64,000 bases of DNA from Candidatus Saccharimonadota bacterium (GCA_017405265.1 JAFRAS010000007.1:3524-67523); one strand, 5' to 3'. Positions 15,103 through 25,562 are shown, numbered from the stretch's first letter. A program made the numbers and translations. The notes: generated from the letters alone by a model not told the origin.

Positions 15103-17775
15103 ATGAATAGATTAGACTCCTACCACGAATTTATCAAAAAATACCCCGATTTCACCTTCGAATCTTATTCTTACGACCTAAAAACCGACCATCTCGACCT
15201 CTCTTTTTGTTTTAAAATCGACAATCTCGCCGAATTTCGCCCCTCTTGGCGCTTTCCGCGTAGCAAAAACACCGAAATTGACGAAAAAGTCTTAAACCGC
15301 CTCGTCCTGAACCTCGGTCTCGCCGAGTCGATGTCCTACTGGAAAGCGACCTGCTCCCCGAATTTTCACGTCGAAGCCGGCCCCGTCGCCGACATTTCTT
15401 GGTGGTCTAAACAATTCAAAAACGGTCTCGCCGAATTTTTCTACCGAAACGGACTAATAAATAAGACAAAGCCCATCAATTTTATCGCCGACTCCGACAG
15501 CTCTCACCGCCCGTCCCCGAGCCGCAACCAAGATTCCGTCCTCGTCCCCGTCGGCGGAGGAAAAGATTCTGTCGTTTCTCTGGAGCTCCTAAAAACCACC
15601 AAAAAATCCATCCACCCCTTTGTTATTAACCCGAAAGACGTCCACGAAAACGTCCTGAGTATCGCCGGCCTCGAGAAAAACCTCCTTGCCGCCGAGCGCA
15701 AAATCGACCCGAAGCTCCTCGAGCTGAACGACCGAGGCTTCTTAAACGGCCACACTCCCTTCTCTCTCCTCGTCGCCTTCGCGAGCTCCCTCGCTGCTTA
15801 CCTTAACGGCATCGAAGACATCGCTCTCTCGAACGAGTCCTCCGCCAACGAAAAAACCGCCGAAATCGCCGGCCAAAGCGTCAACCACCAATATTCCAAA
15901 TCCCTCGAATTCGAAAAAGATTTCCGCGCGTACATCGGCTCCGCCACCGGCGCGACCGTGAACTATTTCTCACTCCTTCGCCCCCTCGAAGACACCGCCA
16001 TCGCCGCCCTCTTCGCCGAGCACAAGGAATATTTTGACGCTTTCCGCTCCTGCAACCTCGGCTCGAAAGAATCCCCCTGGGTCTGGTGCAAAAATTGCCC
16101 GAAATGCCTCTTTACGAACCTCATCTTGGCCCCCTTCACCACTCTCGAGGAAAGAAAACGCATCTTCGGTGCCGACCTCTTCGCCGACGCCTCGCTTCTG
16201 CCCATTTTCAAACAACTCATCGGTGACGCCCCCGAAAAGCCCTTCGAATGTGTCGGCACCGTCGCCGAGTCCTACCTCGCCGCCTACGCCGCCTTAAAAA
16301 AACACGAATATAAATCCCTCCCGCCCCTCCTCGAATATTTCGAAAAAACCCACACCGGCGAGGGTGACGACGAAAGAAAAATCCCCTACTTCGCCCTCCA
16401 CCTCTCCTCTTTCGCCCCCGAGCACAACCTCCCCTTTGAATACGAAAAACTGATGAACTCCGCCTACCCCACCCTCTTTCGCGCCTACTTAAAATACAAT
16501 ATCTCAGGCAAATCCGTCTGTGTCCTGGGTCTCGGTCGCGAGGGAAAATCCACTTTAAAAATGCTCGAATCTTTGAAAAATTATAAATCCCTGACCGTCG
16601 CCGACGACAATTTCCCGAAAGATTTCGACAAAAAGGCTTACAAAACCTGCGACATTAAAACCGCTTTAAAAAATCACTACGACCTCTACTTAAAATCCCC
16701 CGGCGTCGCCTCCGATTTCTGGACCAACTCCGAAACCAACCTTTTCCTCGAATTTTACCGCAAGCGCGTCATCGGCATCACCGGCACGAAAGGAAAATCC
16801 ACCACCGCCTCCCTGATGTATCACGTCTTAAAAGAAACGGGGAAAGACGTCGTCCTGGGCGGCAACATCGGCGTCCCTGTTTTCGACCTCGTCGATAAAA
16901 TCGACTCCGACACCATCATCGTCCTCGAACTCTCCTGTCACCAACTCGAATATCTCGACGCCTCCCCGAATATCGCCGTATTAACCAACCTCTATTCCGA
17001 CCACCTCGACCGCTACAAAACCGTCGAAAAATATCACGAAGTAAAAAGCCACATCTATAAATATCAAACCGAAGACAGCGGCTTTTTCATCACCGAAGAT
17101 GTTAACCGAAACGAGCTCGGCCCGAACGTTAACTACCTCCTGGTCCCCACTCCCCCGAAAGAAATCATGAAATACACGAAGCTGACCGGCGACCACTACC
17201 GCGCCGACCTCGGCCTCGTTGATGCCGTCGTTTCCGTCCTCGGCATTCCCATGAAAGAATGCCTAGACGCCTTCAAATCCTTCAAACCCCTCCCCCACCG
17301 CCTCGAGCACGTTTTGAAAAAAGACGGCGTCGATTATTACGACGACTCCATCTCCACCACCCCCGAAACTGCCATCGCCGCCTGCGAAGCCGTCGAATCC
17401 CGCAACTTGAAGTACCTTTTGGTCGGCGGTCTCGACCGCGGCATCGATTACGAGCCTCTCGAAGATTACCTCTTGAATCACTCCGAAGTCGAGCCGATTT
17501 TCTTCTCCGACGCCGGGCGGCGCATCTTTGAGGAAATGTACGAAAAAACCGGCAACATCTACGCTCACGCCGACAACCTCCCCGTCGCCCTCCGCATCGC
17601 CGTCGCCTCCGCCGGCCGCGGCTCCGCCGTCATCCTCTCCCCCGCCGCCGCCTCTTATAACGAATTCAAAAATTTCGAAGAACGCGGCGACTTCTTCCAA
17701 AAATTCGTCCGCGAAACCAACAAATCCGACCTCCCGCCCGACGAATATTCTCTGTCCTACGAACCTGAATTCTGA
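15103..17775 (+). CDS. murL-murD: Fusion of MurL-like UDP-MurNAc-L-Ala-L-Glu epimerase and MurD-type ligase
   Basis: N half: GGGKDS, NGHTPFS, SNESSANE, NHQYSKS, FRSCN, WCKNCPKC, KPFECVG; C half: GLGREG, GITGTKGKSTT, ELS, DHLDRY, HRLE, SPAAASYNEFKNFEERG. Confidence 0.88.
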   Translation: MNRLDSYHEFIKKYPDFTFESYSYDLKTDHLDLSFCFKIDNLAEFRPSWRFPRSKNTEIDEKVLNRLVLNLGLAESMSYWKATCSPNFHVEAGPVADISWWSKQFKNGLAEFFYRNGLINKTKPINFIADSDSSHRPSPSRNQDSVLVPVGGGKDSVVSLELLKTTKKSIHPFVINPKDVHENVLSIAGLEKNLLAAERKIDPKLLELNDRGFLNGHTPFSLLVAFASSLAAYLNGIEDIALSNESSANEKTAEIAGQSVNHQYSKSLEFEKDFRAYIGSATGATVNYFSLLRPLEDTAIAALFAEHKEYFDAFRSCNLGSKESPWVWCKNCPKCLFTNLILAPFTTLEERKRIFGADLFADASLLPIFKQLIGDAPEKPFECVGTVAESYLAAYAALKKHEYKSLPPLLEYFEKTHTGEGDDERKIPYFALHLSSFAPEHNLPFEYEKLMNSAYPTLFRAYLKYNISGKSVCVLGLGREGKSTLKMLESLKNYKSLTVADDNFPKDFDKKAYKTCDIKTALKNHYDLYLKSPGVASDFWTNSETNLFLEFYRKRVIGITGTKGKSTTASLMYHVLKETGKDVVLGGNIGVPVFDLVDKIDSDTIIVLELSCHQLEYLDASPNIAVLTNLYSDHLDRYKTVEKYHEVKSHIYKYQTEDSGFFITEDVNRNELGPNVNYLLVPTPPKEIMKYTKLTGDHYRADLGLVDAVVSVLGIPMKECLDAFKSFKPLPHRLEHVLKKDGVDYYDDSISTTPETAIAACEAVESRNLKYLLVGGLDRGIDYEPLEDYLLNHSEVEPIFFSDAGRRIFEEMYEKTGNIYAHADNLPVALRIAVASAGRGSAVILSPAAASYNEFKNFEERGDFFQKFVRETNKSDLPPDEYSLSYEPEF

Positions 17776-18197
17776 CAATAAACACAAATATCAAAATCCC
17801 CGACTTTGGTGTGTGAAAACCCGCTCCGAGGTATCTTCTCGCGAAGATAAGGAAGTACTCCCTCCTCCGTCCACTTCCCATACGCCTCCCTTTCGGTCCA
17901 CCACCGCGTGAACTGGAGCGCGTCTCGGGTCTCCGGGCAATATTTCCGCATGACCCGCTTTCTCATCTGTATTTTCTCCACATCCACCCCAATTTTTTCG
18001 CGCGCCACCGCCACTACCGTAAGCCCCGCAGAATGGCTAATACTAATAAAAGGCACTCCTCTCTGACCTAATACCGACTCCCCTCTCCTAATCAGCACCG
18101 GCGCCCCGTTTTTCTTATGCGAAAGCGAAAATCGCCCCCGAAAAATCCGCGCGACAATCTCCTCTGCGCTCCGAGAAAACGAATAAAATATCCTCAT
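17757..18197 (-). CDS. 4'-phosphopantetheinyl transferase (Sfp-like, short)
   Basis: SISHS, IGVDVE, WTEREAYGK. Confidence 0.88.
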   Translation of the reverse strand: MRIFYSFSRSAEEIVARIFRGRFSLSHKKNGAPVLIRRGESVLGQRGVPFISISHSAGLTVVAVAREKIGVDVEKIQMRKRVMRKYCPETRDALQFTRWWTEREAYGKWTEEGVLPYLREKIPRSGFSHTKVGDFDICVYCQNSGS

Positions 18198-18427
18198 TTT
18201 TTAAGATAATCGACAATATCCCCGACCGTCTGGAACTTTTTCACGTCGTTGTCCTCAATCTCGACCCCGAACGCCTCCTCGAACGCCGTGACGAGATCGA
18301 CCACGTCGAGCGACTCGAGCTCGAGGTCGTTCATGATATTCGAATCGAGTTTGATTTTCTTCTCCGGCACCTCCGCCGTCTCCGAAATAATTTTGACTAC
18401 TTTTTTCTCTAATTCATCTTCTTTCAT
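18194..18427 (-). CDS. acpP: Acyl carrier protein
   Basis: Acidic 77 aa, DLELESLDVVDL..EEAFGVEI..TVGDIVDYL. Confidence 0.92.
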   Translation of the reverse strand: MKEDELEKKVVKIISETAEVPEKKIKLDSNIMNDLELESLDVVDLVTAFEEAFGVEIEDNDVKKFQTVGDIVDYLKK

Positions 18428-20051
18428 AAAACTCCTTTATTGCTTCGCTTCTGACCACCTTCCGCGCCGAATTTTTCGGCAATTCCTCGCGCGTAAGGCG
18501 AGCCATCGCGACTTGTTGACTTTTTGCTACCCCTCTATTATACTCCAAAATCGCCCGATTAAAATGCTCAAAATCGTCCATAAACGCCTCCTCTGGGTAT
18601 ATCCCCGCGACAATCTGCTCCCCCTCCTGAAACACGATTACTTCGCTCACTCCCTCGATTCTCGCGAGTTTCATTTCGATCTCCTCTGGCGATACGTTCT
18701 CCCCGTTCGAGAGAATAATCAAATTCTTCGCTCTCCCCGTAATCCAAATAAACCCGTCACGGTCCACTCTTCCGAGGTCCCCCGTGTGAAGCCACCCGTC
18801 CCGGATTACTTCGTTCGTCGCCTTGGGATTTTTATAATACCCGAGCATAATATTCTTCCCCCTGGCACAAATCTCGCCCTCAATCGCCCGAACCTCGCAT
18901 CCTTTGACCGCGAGCCCCACCGACCCGTCCCTCCCGTATTCATTCCGGTTCACCGCGAGCACCGGCCCACCCTCCGTAATTCCGTATCCGTTCAAAATCT
19001 CCACCCCAATTTTCCGAAACCACTTCACATATTTCGGGTCGAGCGGCGCTCCGCCCGAAATCACGAACTTGAGATTTCCCCCGAACTCGCTCCGAACCGC
19101 CCGGAAAATCCGCTCCGACGCATCTACTCCGATTTTATTCAAAAATTCCTGCGCAGAAACCCCGAACCTGAGCATCCCCTCTCGCCCCTGTTTTCTCGCC
19201 CCTCGCCAAATCTGCCGATACAGCGTCTCGACCACCGCCGGCACCGCGAACGTGAGCTCCGGCTTCCCCTCTTTCATATCTTTCTGAATGTCCTTGAGGC
19301 TCGACGTGATAATCGTCGTTTTCTGATAATAAAACGGCATCAGCCCCGCCGTAATGAGCCCGAACCCGTGATGAAAGGGCAAAAACGCTTGCGCTGGCCC
19401 CTCACGGAGCTCAAAATTCCGCGTCGCATAACAAATATCCGCGAGCATATTTTCCTGCGAAAGCATCACCCCTTTCGGCTCCCCCGTCGTCCCCGACGTG
19501 AAGAAAATCGCGGATAGTTTTTTCGGAGACGTTAAGGGCGCTCCAATCGAATCTGACCCCTGTTTTTTCGAATTCCCGCCGACGCGTTTTTGGGCTTTTT
19601 CGTCCCAAAGTCCGAGCTCTAAAAACGCCGTCTCTGGCACCCCGCTTTTTCCCCGAAACTCTTTCAAATATTTCTCCGAGAAAAACACCTCGCGCGCCCC
19701 GACGCGCCTTAAGAGCTCGAGAATCTTCGCGAGCTCAAAATCCTTATCAATCGGCACCGCCACATTCCCCGAAACAATAATCGCAAAAAACAGCGCCAAA
19801 TATTCATAACAATTCTCCCCAATAATCGCGATTTTCTCTTCGCCCCGAGGGTATTTTCGCGAAAACTCCTCCGCGAACCGCGAGACATCCTGATAAAACT
19901 CCTCCCCGGACCTTCCCACCATTTTCCCCTCTTTGCGGCACAAAAACGCTACCGGAATCCCCCGCCCCCGCGCGAGGAGTTCGCGAAAATCCGCCAACTC
20001 CTCCTGCGGATAAAACGGATACGCCTTATTTCTCTTTTTTGCCCTTTTCAT
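18414..20051 (-). CDS. AMP-dependent long-chain acyl-CoA/acyl-ACP synthetase
   Basis: FTSGTTGEPKG, GYGITE, LHTGDLG, GRAKNLII.SNGENV.PEEIE. Confidence 0.92.
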   Translation of the reverse strand: MKRAKKRNKAYPFYPQEELADFRELLARGRGIPVAFLCRKEGKMVGRSGEEFYQDVSRFAEEFSRKYPRGEEKIAIIGENCYEYLALFFAIIVSGNVAVPIDKDFELAKILELLRRVGAREVFFSEKYLKEFRGKSGVPETAFLELGLWDEKAQKRVGGNSKKQGSDSIGAPLTSPKKLSAIFFTSGTTGEPKGVMLSQENMLADICYATRNFELREGPAQAFLPFHHGFGLITAGLMPFYYQKTTIITSSLKDIQKDMKEGKPELTFAVPAVVETLYRQIWRGARKQGREGMLRFGVSAQEFLNKIGVDASERIFRAVRSEFGGNLKFVISGGAPLDPKYVKWFRKIGVEILNGYGITEGGPVLAVNRNEYGRDGSVGLAVKGCEVRAIEGEICARGKNIMLGYYKNPKATNEVIRDGWLHTGDLGRVDRDGFIWITGRAKNLIILSNGENVSPEEIEMKLARIEGVSEVIVFQEGEQIVAGIYPEEAFMDDFEHFNRAILEYNRGVAKSQQVAMARLTREELPKNSARKVVRSEAIKEFYERR

Positions 20052-20691
20052 CTTTTTCGACTACTTCCGCCTCTTGAATTTTCTTCACGTCCTTCTTCGC
20101 GCCCGGCTTTTTCCGCATCCCCTTCGCCCACTTTTTCTGCTCCTCAAAGAAATTCGACAGCGTGTCCACGTCGCGCCTGAGCAACATCGCGTTCGCGAAA
20201 TCCGACAGCGCGTAAACAATCATCACCACCCCAATCACCACCACCATCGCGTCCGCGAACGCGAACGGCGCCGACAGCATAATAATCCCACACACCACCG
20301 ACAGCACCGCCGCGACAAATGGCATTTTCCACTGCTCCGAGGTGTTTTTGAGCGCATACGAATAGCGCACCTTGATCAGCCCCGAAACAATAAAATAAAT
20401 CCCGAGCGCCACCGGCACCATCGTTTTCACAATCCCCGGGTTCGCAAAAATCGCTATCCCGCCAATCACCGCAAGCACCGCGACACTCACCGACAGCGAG
20501 AATGTCAGCATACTCGACGAAAACGCCGAAAACAACCCGAACACCCCGAACGCAATAAACACTACCGCAATAATCCTCGAGACCACATCAAACGACGCCC
20601 CCGGCGCAATCACAAAACACAACCCGAGCACCACGAACGCCAGTGACGTCGCCATCGAGATATTCAAGAAATTTTTGATCATTTTTAGCAT
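20026..20691 (-). CDS. HdeD/DUF308-like membrane protein
   Basis: Six hydrophobic helices with the repeated G...P pattern. Confidence 0.75.
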   Translation of the reverse strand: MLKMIKNFLNISMATSLAFVVLGLCFVIAPGASFDVVSRIIAVVFIAFGVFGLFSAFSSSMLTFSLSVSVAVLAVIGGIAIFANPGIVKTMVPVALGIYFIVSGLIKVRYSYALKNTSEQWKMPFVAAVLSVVCGIIMLSAPFAFADAMVVVIGVVMIVYALSDFANAMLLRRDVDTLSNFFEEQKKWAKGMRKKPGAKKDVKKIQEAEVVEKDEKGKKEK

Positions 20692-20739
20692 AATTATTCC
20701 TTTCTATCTCCATTATAGCATATGTGATATAATGGTACC

Positions 20740-21750
20740 ATGAAAACAATTTTAACCGGCATCCGCGTCAACGGCGAAATGACTCTGGGCAACTTCCTCG
20801 GCGCCCTCCTCCCGATGGTTCGCCTCGCGAACGCCCACGCGAAAGATTATAACATCAATATTTTCGTCCCCGACCTCCACACGATCATCAGCGACGTCGA
20901 GGGAAATATTGCAGAAAATACCAAAAAATCCCTGAAATATTTCCTCGCCGCGGGCCTGACCCCGAGCGAAAATCTCCATTTTTATCGCCAGTCTCGCGTC
21001 CCCGCCCACTCCGAACTCTGCTGGATTTTGGACTGCGTCGCCTCTGTCGGCGAACTCTCCCGCATGACTCAATATAAAGAGAAGGGAAATAACCAGCCCT
21101 CCGTGAACGTCGGCATCTTTAACTACCCCGTCTTAATGGCCGCCGACATTCTCCTCTATTCCGCGACTTTTGTCCCCGTCGGCGAAGACCAGTTCCAACA
21201 CTTGGAACTCGCCCGCAACCTCGCCCTCCGCTTCAATAATAAATACGGCGAAGTTTTCACTCTCCCCGCCACCGGGAAAGACCAGGTCGCCTTCATGGGT
21301 GAGGACACCGCCGTCCGCATCCGCGACCTCATCCACCCCGAGAAAAAGATGAGCAAATCCGCCCTCGCCGACAACTCGAAGATTTTAATGTCCGACTCTC
21401 CTGAGCGTGCCGAGAAAAAAATCCTCTCCGCGACCACCGACTCCCTCTCCCGCATCAACTTCGACTTCTTCAACCAACCCGGCATCTCGAACCTCCTCGT
21501 CATCGACTCCCTCTTGACAAATTTACCACTCCATGATATAATAGGCACATGGGCCGGCGAGACCCACTACGGCGATTTGAAAAAATCCGTAGCCTCGCAC
21601 CTCTCGGCCTTCCTTTCCGATTTCCAGTCAAAACTTGAGAGTATCCCCGATTCTCTAATCGACGACCTCTTGGAACAAGGCGAAGCCTACGCTAACTCCG
21701 TCGCGAACTCGAAACTCCTCGAGGTCCAAAAAGCCATAGGTCTCCGATGA
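20740..21750 (+). CDS. trpS: Tryptophanyl-tRNA synthetase
   Basis: TLGN, YPVLMAADIL, VPVGEDQ, KMSKS. Confidence 0.97.
   Translation: MKTILTGIRVNGEMTLGNFLGALLPMVRLANAHAKDYNINIFVPDLHTIISDVEGNIAENTKKSLKYFLAAGLTPSENLHFYRQSRVPAHSELCWILDCVASVGELSRMTQYKEKGNNQPSVNVGIFNYPVLMAADILLYSATFVPVGEDQFQHLELARNLALRFNNKYGEVFTLPATGKDQVAFMGEDTAVRIRDLIHPEKKMSKSALADNSKILMSDSPERAEKKILSATTDSLSRINFDFFNQPGISNLLVIDSLLTNLPLHDIIGTWAGETHYGDLKKSVASHLSAFLSDFQSKLESIPDSLIDDLLEQGEAYANSVANSKLLEVQKAIGLR
21514..21542 (+). promoter_or_regulatory. Consensus promoter internal to trpS
   Basis: TTGACA-17bp-TATAAT with TG extension. Confidence 0.65.
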
Positions 21751-22622
21751 TTCGCACTGGCAAAAAGTTTTCGAAACTCGCCCTCTCCCGCGCCATCAAC
21801 GGCGATCTTTCCGTTGAAAAACCCGAAAACGCCCCCGACCTCATTCGCCTCGACCTCCTCGCCTCCGAACAATTCCCCTCCTACTCCCGCGCCACCCTGC
21901 AAAACTTTATTAAATCTGGCTTTATGAAGCCTTATTCTCGTCCTTCCACATTGGTTCCCAAAGATACTAAATTAAATCTAAACCTTCCCGCTCCAAAGCA
22001 GAAAAAACCGAAACTAAAAGTGATTTTCGAAAATGAATTTGTTTTGGTCGTGGAAAAGCCCGCCGGCCTGCTTTCCGTCGCGAAAGGCGACTACTGCCCT
22101 GAGCCGACCCTCGAGGACTTCGGCTTCATCGTCCATCGTCTCGACCGCGCCACCTCCGGCGTGATTATTCTAGCTAAAGACGAAAAAACCCAAAAATATT
22201 TGCGCTCCCAGTTCCAGAACCGCAAGACGAAGAAAATTTATTTCGCCGTCGTCTCCGGCACCCCGAAATTGCACGACGCGAGAATCGACCTGCCCCTCGC
22301 GCGCAACTTGAAACGCCCGACCACTTTCCTCGTCTCCCCGAACGGCAAGCCCTCCGAAACCGAATACCATACAATAAAATCGAACGGAAAATACTCCCTC
22401 TTAGAGCTCCACCCCTTGACCGGCCGCACCCACCAACTCCGCGTTCACCTGAAATACCTCGGCACGCCGATTTTGGGCGACGACGTGTACGGAGAAGACG
22501 AGAAAGGTCGTCTCTATCTCCACGCCTACTCGCTCGAAATCACGATTCCGACCGCGAATGGTCGCGAACGCAAAATCTTCACCTCGCGTGTCCCCGACGC
22601 CTTTACTAAAATCGTCGAATAG
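21747..22622 (+). CDS. RluA/RluD-family pseudouridine synthase
   Basis: KPAGL, VHRLDRATSG, TGRTHQLRVH, ILGD. Confidence 0.93.
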   Translation: MIRTGKKFSKLALSRAINGDLSVEKPENAPDLIRLDLLASEQFPSYSRATLQNFIKSGFMKPYSRPSTLVPKDTKLNLNLPAPKQKKPKLKVIFENEFVLVVEKPAGLLSVAKGDYCPEPTLEDFGFIVHRLDRATSGVIILAKDEKTQKYLRSQFQNRKTKKIYFAVVSGTPKLHDARIDLPLARNLKRPTTFLVSPNGKPSETEYHTIKSNGKYSLLELHPLTGRTHQLRVHLKYLGTPILGDDVYGEDEKGRLYLHAYSLEITIPTANGRERKIFTSRVPDAFTKIVE

Positions 22623-22637
22623 ATTATAATTACTCCC

Positions 22638-24521
22638 ATGAACTCCAACGATATTCGCGAAAAATTTTTGCGTTTCGAGGAAGAAAAGGGCCACACGAGA
22701 ATCGCTCCCGCCCCTCTCGTCCTCGAGAACGACCCGACCACTCTTTTTACCGGCTCCGGTATGCAACCGCTCTTGCCCTACCTCCTCGGAAAAACGCACC
22801 CCGCTGGCACTCGCCTGACCGACTCCCAGCCCTCCCTCCGTCTCCAAGACATCGAAGACGTCGGCGACCCGCGTCATACCACCGTTTTCGAAATGCTTGG
22901 GAACTGGTCCCTCGGCGACTATTTTAAACGCGAACAAATCGAGAACTTCTTTGAATTTTTGACGAAGGTCGTCCACCTCGACCCCGAAAAAATCTACGTT
23001 ACCTGTTTCATCGGTAGCGAAAAATACGGCATCCCTCGCGACGACGAAAGTGCGAAAATCTGGCAAGACGTCTTTAAGAGTGTCGGCATCGACGCGAAAA
23101 TCGCCGAAATCGGCTCGGCCGAAAATGGTAATCGGCGCGGCGTGCAACCCGGCGAGCGCATTTTCTTCTACGACGACCACGAAAACTGGTGGTCCCGCGG
23201 CGGCGGTCTCGACTCGACCCCAATTGGCGACCCCTGTGGTCCCGATTCCGAAGTTTTCTATGATTTCGGCGAAGATAAACAAGATGTCGAAAAATACGGA
23301 AAAAGTCACCCGGCCTCGGACGGCGCCCGCTTCATGGAAATCGGCAACCAAGTTTTCATGCAATATCGCCGCGAAAAGGACGGGAGTTTTAAAGAACTCG
23401 AGAAAAAGAACGTCGATTTCGGCGCTGGCCTCGAGCGCATCACCGCCGCCTCGATTGACTCCTTCGACGTTTTTAAAATCTCCTCCATTTACCCCCTGAT
23501 CGAAAAAATCGAATCTCTCTCCGGCCAAAAATACGAAAACAACACCGACGAGATGCGAATTATCTCGGACCACCTCCGCGGCGCTTACCTCCTCGCGGCC
23601 GAAGGTCTCACCCCGAGCAACAAGGCCCAAGGTTACGCCATGCGTCGCCTCGTTCGCCGCGCGATTTTGAAAGCCCTCGATCTCGGCATTTCTCAGAATT
23701 TCTTAAAAGAGCTCATCCCTCTCGTCGCCGAAAACTACCGCACTCTCCCCGACTCGATGCTCGTCGCCCGCGACTCCGCCGTCTCCGTCCTCGAAAAAGA
23801 AGAAGATGCCTTCCGAAAGACTTTGAATAAAGGCCTAAGAGAAATGAAAAACTTGACAAAACGCCAGAATAATGTTCTGAATGGAAAAGACCTCTTCAAG
23901 CTCCAGGACACCTTCGGCTTCCCCCTCGAAATCTCGACCGAAGAAGCCTTCAAAGAGGGCATCACTCTCTCCGAAAACTACCGTAAAGAATTTGACGATG
24001 CTCTCGCTGAACAGCGCGAACGCAGTAAAACCGCGAGTAAAGGCATGTTCAAAGGCGGCCTCGAAGACCACGGCGAAATGACCACGAAATACCACACCGC
24101 GACCCATCTCCTCCTCGCCGCCCTCCAATCTCTCGTTGATAAAAATATTGTTCAAAAGGGTAGCAACATCACCGCCGACCGCCTCCGCCTCGATTTTAAT
24201 TTCGATAAGAAACTCGACCCCGAAACTCTGAAAAAAGTTGAAAGTAGAGTGAATGAATGGATAGAAAAAGACCTCCCCGTCGTCTTTTCCGAATATGATA
24301 AATCTTACGCAAAAGATGTTCTGAAAGCCCACGGTCAATTCTGGGACAAATACCCCGAAAAACTGAAAGTTTACACCATCGGCGACTTCGACGCCCCAGT
24401 CTCTCGCGAAGTTTGCGGTGGCCCCCACGTCGAACACACTGGCGTCCTCGGCCACTTCAAAATCGCAAAAGAAGAATCCTCCTCCGCCGGCGTCCGCCGT
24501 ATAAAGGCCATTTTGGAATAA
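22638..24521 (+). CDS. alaS: Alanyl-tRNA synthetase, short form lacking the C-Ala domain
   Basis: FTGSGMQP, FEMLGNWSLGDYFK, HTATHLL, EVCGGPHV; ends at GVRRIKA. Confidence 0.96.
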   Translation: MNSNDIREKFLRFEEEKGHTRIAPAPLVLENDPTTLFTGSGMQPLLPYLLGKTHPAGTRLTDSQPSLRLQDIEDVGDPRHTTVFEMLGNWSLGDYFKREQIENFFEFLTKVVHLDPEKIYVTCFIGSEKYGIPRDDESAKIWQDVFKSVGIDAKIAEIGSAENGNRRGVQPGERIFFYDDHENWWSRGGGLDSTPIGDPCGPDSEVFYDFGEDKQDVEKYGKSHPASDGARFMEIGNQVFMQYRREKDGSFKELEKKNVDFGAGLERITAASIDSFDVFKISSIYPLIEKIESLSGQKYENNTDEMRIISDHLRGAYLLAAEGLTPSNKAQGYAMRRLVRRAILKALDLGISQNFLKELIPLVAENYRTLPDSMLVARDSAVSVLEKEEDAFRKTLNKGLREMKNLTKRQNNVLNGKDLFKLQDTFGFPLEISTEEAFKEGITLSENYRKEFDDALAEQRERSKTASKGMFKGGLEDHGEMTTKYHTATHLLLAALQSLVDKNIVQKGSNITADRLRLDFNFDKKLDPETLKKVESRVNEWIEKDLPVVFSEYDKSYAKDVLKAHGQFWDKYPEKLKVYTIGDFDAPVSREVCGGPHVEHTGVLGHFKIAKEESSSAGVRRIKAILE

Positions 24522-24557
24522 TTTCCCACATTTTTATATTTGTGCTATAATTTGCTT

Positions 24558-25562
24558 ATGATTCTTTTCGACTCCGTTTCGAAATTCTATCCGGGCGACC
24601 AGCACCCCGCTCTTTTCGATGTCTCTCTCCACATCGCACCGAACGAGTTCGTTTTCTTGGTCGGGAAGTCCGGTGCCGGAAAATCGACCTTAATGAAACT
24701 GATTACGAAAGAAGAGCGCCAAAGCTCCGGCAAAATCATCATCGGCGGCATCGACCTCGACTACGTCAAAAAGCGCAACATCCCCCACTACCGCCGTCGC
24801 CTCGGCGTCGTGTTTCAGGATTTCAAACTTCTCCCCCGTCGCACCGTTTTCGAAAACGTCTCCTTCGCCTTAGAGATCGCCGGGATGAGCGGCCGCGAAA
24901 TTCGCCGCACCGTCCCGAAAGTCCTCGACCTCGTGGGACTCTTAGAACAAGCCAACAAATACCCTGACCAACTCTCCGGTGGCCAACAGCAGCGCGTCTC
25001 AATTGCCCGCTCCGTCGCCCGCCAGCCGAAAATCCTGATTGCCGACGAGCCGACCGGAAATTTGGATAAGCTGACCCGCCGCGAGATCGTCGACCTCTTG
25101 AAACGCATCAACGATTTCGGCACCACCGTCCTCGTCACGACCCACGACGAAAACATCGTGAACCTGTTGCAAAAACGCGTCATCACGATTAAAGACGGCC
25201 GCGTCGTCTCGGATCAAAAAGAAAACGGTGTCTATCGCCTCGGCACCGAGCCGAAAATCCAGCCCGTCGGCATTAACTTCTCGAGCAAGACGGGGAAGAA
25301 AACTGGCGAAAAAGCCGACCTCGACAAAGAACCGATAAAGTCCTATAACCCCGCTCGCCCGAACCCCTTCGCCATCCGCGACCGCGCCCGCGTGACAAAA
25401 GTCCCGAAACACGACGTAAAAAATACCACCGACGGCATGATTCCGCGTCGCGCTCCGCGCCCGCTGAAAGTCGCCGAAGAAACTCCAGTAAAGCCCGCCG
25501 CCGCCTTCTTCAACCGTCGCCACGCCCCCGCGAAGAAAAAGGAGATGAAGAATGGCAAATAA
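24558..25562 (+). CDS. ftsE: Cell division ATPase FtsE with C-terminal extension
   Basis: GKSGAGKST, VVFQDFKLL, LSGGQQQR, ADEPTGNLD; adjacent to ftsX. Confidence 0.94.
   Translation: MILFDSVSKFYPGDQHPALFDVSLHIAPNEFVFLVGKSGAGKSTLMKLITKEERQSSGKIIIGGIDLDYVKKRNIPHYRRRLGVVFQDFKLLPRRTVFENVSFALEIAGMSGREIRRTVPKVLDLVGLLEQANKYPDQLSGGQQQRVSIARSVARQPKILIADEPTGNLDKLTRREIVDLLKRINDFGTTVLVTTHDENIVNLLQKRVITIKDGRVVSDQKENGVYRLGTEPKIQPVGINFSSKTGKKTGEKADLDKEPIKSYNPARPNPFAIRDRARVTKVPKHDVKNTTDGMIPRRAPRPLKVAEETPVKPAAAFFNRRHAPAKKKEMKNGK

Noticed and set aside
18249-19517. Long shadow ORFs (also 22401-23630, 55525-57060, 58824-60170)
   Set aside because: Antisense to well-supported genes and explained by biased codon usage
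22638-24521. alaS pseudogene
   Set aside because: Catalytic and editing motifs are intact and the ORF ends cleanly; short AlaRS forms are known
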